A program made the position numbers and the translations under genes. A DNA stretch of 32,000 nt from Nostoc sp. PCC 7120 = FACHB-418 (GTDB lineage: Bacteria > Cyanobacteriota > Cyanobacteriia > Cyanobacteriales > Nostocaceae). How positions within the stretch are numbered: position 1 is the stretch's first letter; each line of letters begins with the position of its first letter. The stretch lies in assembly GCF_000009705.1 (NCBI RefSeq), contig NC_003272.1, positions 720,001-752,000 on the forward strand, given 5' to 3'. A model generated the notes under the pieces. It was not told the DNA's origin, did no database searches, and was given only the letters and a program-made list of their open reading frames with translations. This document shows, piece by piece, positions 7,672-14,058 of the stretch.

Positions 7672-10395
7672 ATGACATCTGCTGAAATGCCGGCTAACCC
7701 TGGCTCAATATCAACATCCCATATAACCAACAAAGATACGCACCACAGCGATCCCAGGAATCAAGCTGTAGGTGTGTATGTGACGGTGCATGGTCACTTT
7801 TACCAGCCACCGCGCGAAAACCCTTATCTAGACTCAATTGAGCGCCAACCCAGCGCTGCGCCTTTCCACGATTGGAATGAGCGCATCCACTGGGAATGTT
7901 ACCGTCCCAATGCTTTTGCCAGGGTGTTGAATGACCAAGGCGAAGTGACGGGGATCGTCAATAATTACGAATATATGAGCTTTAACATCGGCCCCACGCT
8001 GATGTCATGGCTAGAACGGTATGATGTCGAGGTTTATCAACGGATTTTGGAGGCGGACGCAAAAAGCTGCCAACGTCTGCAAGGTCATGGGAATGCGATC
8101 GCGCAAGTATATAATCACATCATCATGCCCTTGGCGAACGAACGGGATAAACGCACCCAAATTCGCTGGGGTAAAGAAGACTTCCGCACCCGCTTTGGCC
8201 GTGATCCCGAAGGAATGTGGTTGGCAGAAACAGCAGTAGATTACGCAACCTTAGAAGCTTTAGTGGCTGAAGGTATTCGGTTTATTGTCTTAGCACCATC
8301 CCAAGCGCAAAGATGTCGTCCTTTCCCCACAGAAAATGATCCCCAACCAGAATGGTATGAAGTTGGTGGTAATCAAATTGATCCCACCCGTCCTTATCGT
8401 TGCTATCTGAAATCTAGACTTAGCAATAAATCCTCTGTTTTAAGTTCAGTAAAAGATAGGGCAATTGCAGACACCAATCCTCAATCTCTGCAAGATTTAC
8501 CTTATATAGATATCTTCTTCTACGATGGCCCCATATCACGGGACATGGGCTTTAGTGATGTTGTCTATAACTCTCACCACTTTGCCGGACGTATTGGTTC
8601 AGCAGTGCGCGGGGATCATCGTCAATCACAACTGATTTCTGTTGGTACAGATGGGGAAACCTTCGGACACCACAAAAAAGGCACAGAAAAAACTCTCGCC
8701 TATGCCTTTATCAAGGAGTTTCCTAGTCAAGGTTGGACTGTAACCAACTTTGCCCATTACCTCAGCTTATGTTCTCCTACCTGGGAAGTAGAAATCAAGC
8801 CAGTAACAGCTTGGAGTTGCGCCCACGGCGTAGATAGATGGCAAGAAGATTGTGGTTGCGGCGGTGAAGGTGGTATTTGGCATCAAAAATGGCGGCGGCC
8901 GTTGCGGAATGCCTTAAATTGGCTGCGGGATCAGTTAATTGAGGTGTTTGAGGAATATGGTAATCAATTATTCCGTGATCCCTGGCAAGCACGAGATGAG
9001 TATATTCAAGTCATCCGCGATCGCTCTCCTGCCAATATTAGCCGTTTTCTCTCACGCCATCAAACCCACAAACTCACCGCCGCCGAACAAGTAGACGCTT
9101 TGCGCTTATTAGAAATGCAGCGTCACACTTTATTCATGTTCACCAGTTGCGGTTGGTTTTTTGAAGAACTTTCTCGCCCCGAAGGAACCCAGATTCTGCG
9201 TTACGCCGCCCGCGCTTTGGAACTGGGGGGAGATGTGGCTGGTGTGCAGTTGGAAAAAGGCTTCCTCAAACGTTTGGGTTTAGCTCCTAGTAATGTGGAG
9301 TCGTTTAAACATGGTGGTGAAGTTTACCGCCAACTTGTACAAACTGCCCAGATTAGTTTTAAACAAGTAGCCGCCCATTACGCCATTTCTTCCCTGTTCA
9401 ACAATCACAAACAGGTAGAAACCCTGCATACTAAGTCTCTACCTGGGACAAAACAACCCCATCCTCACCAAAAACGGGTTTATTGCTACACCGTCAATGA
9501 GATAGATTACCAACTGCAACGCATGGGATCATTAACCCTAGCAGTCGGTAACTTAAAACTCGTGTCGGAGATTACCTGGGAAAGCGAAAATTTAGTCTTT
9601 GCTGTCCTGCATTTAGGCGGTTGGGATTTCCATTCCTGCATTCAACTATTTACCGGACGACGTGATTACAGCCAATTGAAAGAAAAGCTGTTTACATCAC
9701 TGCAACAGGCTAGCGCCGCCCAAACTATTTTGGCGATGACGCAGGTATTTGGTGATGAAACCTTCAACTTGCAAAATCTGTTTGCGGAAGAACGCCATCG
9801 GATCATGCGCTTATTGAGTCAAGAAACCCTGACAAGGTTAGACCAGTTATATACTCAGGCATACCGGGATAATTATGGTGTGTTGATGGCATTTCACCGC
9901 GATGAACTAGCCGTACCGCAAGAATTACAAGTGGCGGCGGAGATTGCTTTGGGTTATCGCTGTATGACAACATTGCGATCGCTAGACCAAGATATTACAG
10001 AACCCCAACTGAGTTGGAATCACATAGTAGAATTAGAAGCGATCGTCACTGAAGCTAAACATCTGCGTTGCCAATTAAATATTCCGGAAGGTAAGCAGAT
10101 GTTAGAACAGCTCATTCTGCGCTTGCTCTGGAGATTACTGCATGATACCAATGGCAGTTTTGCCATAGAGATGCAATGCTTAGAACGGTTAATTAACGTT
10201 AGCTATCAGCTAAATATTGGCATTTCCTTACATCAGTCTCAAGAACTGTACTTTAGTTGTCTACAAAATCAAATACTACCTTTGTGTTTGACTACCCTTG
10301 CTGATAAAGAAGAAACGAGTCAATGTCTACAATTGCTGAAATTGGGACAGAAGTTGGCAGTTGATGTCAGTGCAATTCTGAATCAATTCAAGTAG
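7672..10395 (+). CDS. Glycoside hydrolase family 57 protein with long C-terminal alpha-helical extension (DUF3536-type architecture)
   Basis: 907 aa. The N-terminal VHGHFYQPPRENP block is the GH57 signature region. Further conserved blocks are GPTLMSWLE, WLAETAVD and GTDGETFGHH. The C-terminal half is helical with no recognisable catalytic motif. Confidence 0.85.
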   Translation: MTSAEMPANPGSISTSHITNKDTHHSDPRNQAVGVYVTVHGHFYQPPRENPYLDSIERQPSAAPFHDWNERIHWECYRPNAFARVLNDQGEVTGIVNNYEYMSFNIGPTLMSWLERYDVEVYQRILEADAKSCQRLQGHGNAIAQVYNHIIMPLANERDKRTQIRWGKEDFRTRFGRDPEGMWLAETAVDYATLEALVAEGIRFIVLAPSQAQRCRPFPTENDPQPEWYEVGGNQIDPTRPYRCYLKSRLSNKSSVLSSVKDRAIADTNPQSLQDLPYIDIFFYDGPISRDMGFSDVVYNSHHFAGRIGSAVRGDHRQSQLISVGTDGETFGHHKKGTEKTLAYAFIKEFPSQGWTVTNFAHYLSLCSPTWEVEIKPVTAWSCAHGVDRWQEDCGCGGEGGIWHQKWRRPLRNALNWLRDQLIEVFEEYGNQLFRDPWQARDEYIQVIRDRSPANISRFLSRHQTHKLTAAEQVDALRLLEMQRHTLFMFTSCGWFFEELSRPEGTQILRYAARALELGGDVAGVQLEKGFLKRLGLAPSNVESFKHGGEVYRQLVQTAQISFKQVAAHYAISSLFNNHKQVETLHTKSLPGTKQPHPHQKRVYCYTVNEIDYQLQRMGSLTLAVGNLKLVSEITWESENLVFAVLHLGGWDFHSCIQLFTGRRDYSQLKEKLFTSLQQASAAQTILAMTQVFGDETFNLQNLFAEERHRIMRLLSQETLTRLDQLYTQAYRDNYGVLMAFHRDELAVPQELQVAAEIALGYRCMTTLRSLDQDITEPQLSWNHIVELEAIVTEAKHLRCQLNIPEGKQMLEQLILRLLWRLLHDTNGSFAIEMQCLERLINVSYQLNIGISLHQSQELYFSCLQNQILPLCLTTLADKEETSQCLQLLKLGQKLAVDVSAILNQFK

Positions 10396-10411
10396 TAAAA
10401 TGGGTTAACTA

Positions 10412-10447
10412 AAGATCCCTGACTTCTTAAAGAAGTCGGGGATCTTA
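10412..10447. terminator. Near-perfect hairpin between convergent GH57 gene and the HNH-cassette (putative bidirectional terminator)
   Basis: aagatccctgacttctt (10412-10428) pairs with aagaagtcggggatctt (ending 10446): about a 16-bp stem with one mismatch and a minimal loop, followed by attctc. It starts 17 nt after the GH57 stop codon. Confidence 0.55.
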
Positions 10448-10456
10448 TTCTCAAAA

Positions 10457-10738
10457 CTAATGCACATTCGGACGATCTTCGCAATGGTAAGGATAAAGCC
10501 ATTCACACTTAAAAAGTCCGCCGGATTTTTGCTCAAAAAATGTCCCAGCATGACGACTCTTGGATATATTTATGCCTGCTTTTGTTTTAATTTCATATAA
10601 CCAAGGAAAAGCTGCTACTAAAACGGCGACAATAGCAACAGAATGAAAAGCTTTGGTTTTAAAGTTGTGAAATTTACGGGAGTTGCTGTTACGGTTTAGA
10701 GGCATAATTCTATAACTGACAGTTAATCCAAGCTCCAT
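10457..10738 (-). CDS. Small hypothetical single-pass membrane protein (third gene of the KGK-HNH cassette)
   Basis: 93-aa ORF starting 6 nt after the HNH stop. It has one clear TM segment (AFHSVAIVAVLVAAFPWLY) and a C-terminal CEWLYPYHCEDRP. An alternative start is Met12 (10705). There is no obvious SD and no recognisable family, so coding status is uncertain. Confidence 0.35.
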   Translation of the reverse strand: MELGLTVSYRIMPLNRNSNSRKFHNFKTKAFHSVAIVAVLVAAFPWLYEIKTKAGINISKSRHAGTFFEQKSGGLFKCEWLYPYHCEDRPNVH

Positions 10739-10744
10739 GTTAGC

Positions 10745-10990
10745 TCAAATTTCAAAATGTCGCCGGAAGCGTGAATCAAGTTTGTCAGTCTTGCATCGGT
10801 TGCAGTCAAAACATAAAGTATGCAGATTACTTATATCATTTTGACCACCACGAGCCAAAGGGATAATATGGTCAATAGTTAAGTTAGTTTCTAAACCCGT
10901 TTTACCACAACTTTGACATTGAAACTTATCTCGTTGAAATACATATTGTCTAACTTCTGGTGGTATACGAATCCGAGGAGTTTTGCTCAT
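10745..10990 (-). CDS. Minimal stand-alone HNH endonuclease (81 aa)
   Basis: The HNH/zinc-finger signature is complete: CQSCGK ... DHIIPLARGGQNDISNLHTLCFDCNRCK. Its ATG overlaps the TGA of the upstream KGK gene (ATGA at 10987-10990). A GAGGAA Shine-Dalgarno lies 7 nt upstream, inside the KGK coding tail. Confidence 0.85.
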   Translation of the reverse strand: MSKTPRIRIPPEVRQYVFQRDKFQCQSCGKTGLETNLTIDHIIPLARGGQNDISNLHTLCFDCNRCKTDKLDSRFRRHFEI

Positions 10991-11373
10991 GATGTTTCCT
11001 CATTAATCATGCGGCGTAAATCATCGAGAGGGGATTCAGTTTCACTAATTTCTGAATGCACGTTGTTATCCGTTTCTGATTCTTCTTCAATGTAAAACTC
11101 AACACTAATATTAAACTTTACTTTCCCTTTTTTCCAACCTTGTGAACCAATATTTAATATCTGACAATACAGACCTTCATTAAACCAAATTTTAGAATAT
11201 GGCTGTTGTATAATTATTCCATTCGCATTAAATTGCTGCTGTAATTCACACGCTAAATCAGAACGATTCGCTTTATGAAAAGCTTCTAAAAATTTAGAAA
11301 TTTTGTAAGTATAATCTCCAATTTCCAAAACATCATTATCATTACATTCTGCTTGTTTAAATCTATCTTCCAT
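10987..11373 (-). CDS. KGK-domain protein (cyanobacteria-restricted family of unknown function), paralogue 1
   Basis: 128 aa. It has the WFNEG...GSQGWKKGKVKFNISVEF core (the KGK motif) followed by a strongly acidic tail, EEESETDNNVHSEISETESPLDDLRRMINEETS. It is translationally coupled to the HNH gene. Confidence 0.75.
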   Translation of the reverse strand: MEDRFKQAECNDNDVLEIGDYTYKISKFLEAFHKANRSDLACELQQQFNANGIIIQQPYSKIWFNEGLYCQILNIGSQGWKKGKVKFNISVEFYIEEESETDNNVHSEISETESPLDDLRRMINEETS

Positions 11374-11526
11374 CTCAACCTCAACTTAAAAAACTCTCTT
11401 CCTCTCTCTTATTTGCGTCTCTACGCCTCTGCGTGAGACAATAAAAACCTAGTTGACAAAAAGTGAATTATAAATTCCCTAAAATCAAGATATGGTGTGC
11501 ATTACCCACCCTACAGATACTGAAGT

Positions 11527-11916
11527 TCATGATGTTTCCTCATCAATCATCCGGCGTAAATCATCAAGAGGGGATTCTGATTCATGAGTGGGCGGTTCAT
11601 CAGGAATAAATTCTAGAGTCACTTTGATTCTTAAGCGCCCCTTTTGCCAGCCTTTAGTTGCAGGCTTTAACACTTCACAATCTACACCTTCATCAAACCA
11701 TTTATGAGTATATCTATAAAATTTATTGCCAACCAAATAGCCACCGGGATCTATAGATATTCCATAGGAATTTAATAAAATATATAATTCTTCTGATAAT
11801 TTACTGCGGAAGGCTTTTTTGATTGCTTCCTTGATATGAAAAATTTTAAACACTTTATCTTTAACAGACAAAGCATCATCATTACTACAATTACTGAGGT
11901 CAAAATTTTCTTCCAT
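11527..11916 (-). CDS. KGK-domain protein, paralogue 2
   Basis: It has the same architecture: WFDEG...ATKGWQKGRLRIKVTLEF plus the tail ESESPLDDLRRMIDEETS. The ORF track starts at a GTG (11919). The ATG one codon in (11916) gives MEENF..., parallel to MEDRF... in paralogue 1. Confidence 0.75.
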   Translation of the reverse strand: MEENFDLSNCSNDDALSVKDKVFKIFHIKEAIKKAFRSKLSEELYILLNSYGISIDPGGYLVGNKFYRYTHKWFDEGVDCEVLKPATKGWQKGRLRIKVTLEFIPDEPPTHESESPLDDLRRMIDEETS

Positions 11917-12143
11917 CACAGAATTGGTAATAAATTTGGTGAATTTCTTATCAGGAATTATATATTAAGTAAGAATATTGCAAGTTAGATTGAACCTATG
12001 GCTTGAGATAAGTAGTGTGAAAAAAATCTCCAACCACATAATACATCGTTACAGAGAATGGCGCATTAGGTGAAAACCATAACACACCAATCCCTTTCAA
12101 AGCAAACAAGTAAACAAGTAAGAAGCGATCGCTGAAAATATTA

Positions 12144-13046
12144 CTACCTTCGAGTGTTAGGCATGGTAGGTAAGTTAACATTCTCACCATTAAATAATCC
12201 TTTGACTTTCTTGTTCGGATAGGTTTTGTAATTCCATTGCAAATTAGCGATCGCTGCTTCCCGTTTCCAACCTGGCTCAAATCCTACACGCACGCCATCC
12301 CAGAACAACTCGTAACCTATTTTCTGACCATCTAATACGCCTTCAACCCGTTTATTTGGATAGGTTTTGTGATTCAATTGCAAATTGGCGATCGCCGCTT
12401 CCCGGTTCCAACTTGGCTCAAATCCTACACGCACGCCATCCCAGAACAACTCATAACCTATTTTCTGACCGTTGAAATAGCCTTCTATTTTCCTCTTAGG
12501 ATAGGTCTTTTTAGTCAATTCTAAATGAGCGATCGCCTCAGCGCGCGTTACCTTCTCTATCTTGCCAACGAACACATCATCCAAAAATAACTGGTATCCC
12601 TGGGAATTCAGGTGACTTTCATCAGGTAACATTGCGCGACTGGGGAATTTCAGGGTAATAGGTTCTGTTCGACACGTTCCCGAATTGCAGAGTTTAATCG
12701 CCCCTTGTAATTGTATTAGTCTTGAGTTTGAGAGGCATCCTTCAACCCGAACCCTACCCTTTGGTGTATCCATTGCGCCAAAAACTGGACAACTTGGTTC
12801 GCTTGCAGATCCAATGGAGACTTTTTGACTAGTCAACGACCCAGAGCGAGTGTAGAGATGATAATGAGTTACATCTGCTTCCACACAGATATTCACATCC
12901 ATCGCAGAGATGCACTGTAGGAAATCGGATTCGGCTTTTGCAGGCTGTGTCGATGAGAAAGTTACTAAGGGAAAACTGAGGCTAAAGAGGGTAAGAACTG
13001 ACAGTAAGTATTTGCGGCGAGACTGAGAATTTTGTGTAGTAAACAT
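12144..13046 (-). CDS. Secreted Cys-rich protein with three 47-aa tandem repeats (no family recognised)
   Basis: 300 aa. It has an N-terminal signal-peptide-like segment (RRKYLLSVLTLFSLSFPLVTFSSTQPAKA/ES) and a region of about 100 aa with 6 Cys. Three repeats follow: GYQLFLDDVFVGKIEKVTRAEAIAHLELTKKTYPKRKIEGYFNGQKI, GYELFWDGVRVGFEPSWNREAAIANLQLNHKTYPNKRVEGVLDGQKI and GYELFWDGVRVGFEPGWKREAAIANLQWNYKTYPNKKVKGLFNGENV. Confidence 0.8.
   Translation of the reverse strand: MFTTQNSQSRRKYLLSVLTLFSLSFPLVTFSSTQPAKAESDFLQCISAMDVNICVEADVTHYHLYTRSGSLTSQKVSIGSASEPSCPVFGAMDTPKGRVRVEGCLSNSRLIQLQGAIKLCNSGTCRTEPITLKFPSRAMLPDESHLNSQGYQLFLDDVFVGKIEKVTRAEAIAHLELTKKTYPKRKIEGYFNGQKIGYELFWDGVRVGFEPSWNREAAIANLQLNHKTYPNKRVEGVLDGQKIGYELFWDGVRVGFEPGWKREAAIANLQWNYKTYPNKKVKGLFNGENVNLPTMPNTRR
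12177..12599 (-). repeat. 3 x 141-bp intragenic tandem repeat (encodes the 47-aa units)
   Basis: Units 2 and 3 are nearly identical at the DNA level. For example, ggctcaaatcctacacgcacgccatcccagaacaactc occurs at 12274 and again at 12415, exactly 141 bp apart. Each unit carries its own HIP1 site. Unit 1 is more diverged. Confidence 0.85.
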
Positions 13047-13148
13047 AATTAAAGCTCCTGTATAAATACTTCGATGTTTTCTGTTGGCTGTTGAGCAAAC
13101 TGATTACCGACAAAAACTATAGCGGTTTGCAATTGAGTCAAATATAGA

Positions 13149-13250
13149 CCTAACCCCCAGCCCCTTAAGGGGAATAAAACCCCTTGTAGGAGAGAAGTCC
13201 AAGTGTATTGCATACAAACGGTAAGTGCTATATATCCCTTTGTAGGGGGA
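13149..13250. repeat. Short GC-rich dispersed-repeat modules (MITE-like, non-coding)
   Basis: It contains cctaacccccagCCCCTTAAGGGGa (perfect 12-nt palindrome at 13161-13172) and ccctttgtagggggagtttttt (13236-13257). Related modules recur at 21471-21549. Confidence 0.45.
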
Positions 13251-13343
13251 GTTTTTTGTTGGAAGTAACTCAATCAAGCCTTCACAGAATTACACGTTGT
13301 ACTTTTTAGGTTTATGCACTTCTTGTTTTAATCAAACTAAGTG

Positions 13344-13407
13344 TAGGGTGCGTCAGATGTGGAAAATTCCCGAATTTGTACGAAATTATTGCGTCTGACG
13401 CACCCTA
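13344..13407. repeat. Inverted repeat / stem-loop element (14-bp perfect arms, 36-nt loop)
   Basis: TAGGGTGCGTCAGA (13344-13357) and TCTGACGCACCCTA (13394-13407) are exact reverse complements. The element is followed by tgcgtaagtcct (13431-13442), a motif that recurs at 21647-21658. It lies between the Usp gene stop and the secreted-protein gene start. Confidence 0.65.
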
Positions 13408-13439
13408 ATATTGTGCCAATTGCGTAAGTCCTGAAAACC

Positions 13440-13961
13440 TCAGATGGATGATGCTATCACTGGTGTTTCTGGCGTAGCGGGAATGATGCCCTGTACCGTC
13501 AACACTGAACAGGGAGCGTGATGCAAAACATAATTACTAACGCTACCGAGGAAAAATTCACTCAAGCCATGTAAACCCCGACGACCTAAAACAATTAGAT
13601 CGGCGTTCCAACCACGGGCAATTTCACAAATTAAGCGACTAGGATCACCTAATTCTTGGGTAAAATCAGCTGTTACACCTTTAGCGATCGCTTGATTAGT
13701 TAACAAGGTCAAAAAATCTATACCCTCTTGCTTGAGAGCGTTCCACTTTCCTATGTAATACTCAACACTATGAATTTGGGAGGTTCCATAAAAACTTTGT
13801 GTTTCCATCGCTCCAGCCGTCAAGTAATCTTCATCGAAAGGTGAGATAACGTGTAACAACAATAATTCGGCGTTAGTTGCTGTTGCTAATGATAAACCTC
13901 TCTCAAATACTTGCTTACCCATTTCAGTATTTTCAACAGCAACCAAAATTTTTTTAAACAT
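13440..13961 (-). CDS. Universal stress protein (UspA family)
   Basis: 173 aa. It has ILVAVENTE... at the N-terminus and the C-terminal ATP-binding motif VLGRRGLHGLSEFFLGSVSNYVLHHAPCSVLTV. Confidence 0.85.
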   Translation of the reverse strand: MFKKILVAVENTEMGKQVFERGLSLATATNAELLLLHVISPFDEDYLTAGAMETQSFYGTSQIHSVEYYIGKWNALKQEGIDFLTLLTNQAIAKGVTADFTQELGDPSRLICEIARGWNADLIVLGRRGLHGLSEFFLGSVSNYVLHHAPCSVLTVQGIIPATPETPVIASSI

Positions 13962-13996
13962 ATTAGTTAGTTGTCAGTTGTTAGTTGTCAGTTGAG
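13962..13996. repeat. Heptanucleotide tandem array (STRR-like), about 5 units
   Basis: ATTAGTT AGTTGTC AGTTGTT AGTTGTC AGTTGAG, read directly. It lies in the ppsA-usp spacer. Confidence 0.65.
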
Positions 13997-14030
13997 ACTG
14001 AGTGTCAGGTTTTTAAACATTTACACCCTC

Positions 14031-14058
14031 ACACCCCTATACCCCTACACCCCTACAC
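14031..14058. repeat. Octanucleotide tandem array overlapping the ppsA stop codon
   Basis: ACACCCCT ATACCCCT ACACCCCT ACAC. The ppsA stop codon (complement of 14053-14055) lies inside the array. A closely related array (CCCTTACA CCCTTATA CCCTTACA) occurs at 28019-28048. Confidence 0.6.

Noticed and set aside
10913-11095. 60-aa plus-strand ORF spanning the KGK/HNH junction
   Set aside because: It is antisense to two motif-supported genes. AT-rich DNA easily produces an open frame of this kind.
9976-12124. HIP1-free gap over the KGK/HNH block as evidence of horizontal acquisition
   Set aside because: No perfect GCGATCGC occurs between about 9976 and 12124. However, gaps of similar length (about 1.8-2.2 kb) occur over core genes such as glcF, cax and ppsA, so the gap alone is not significant. 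The low G+C is the better argument.
11996-12280. 94-aa minus-strand ORF overlapping the 3' end of the secreted-repeat-protein gene
   Set aside because: It is an out-of-frame overlap with a much better-supported 300-aa ORF. Its sequence partly arises from the 141-bp repeat read in another frame.
13049-13273. 74-aa minus-strand ORF
   Set aside because: It is composed almost entirely of the GC-rich palindromic repeat modules (CCCCTTAAGGGG etc.). It is an artefact of repeat DNA, not a gene.
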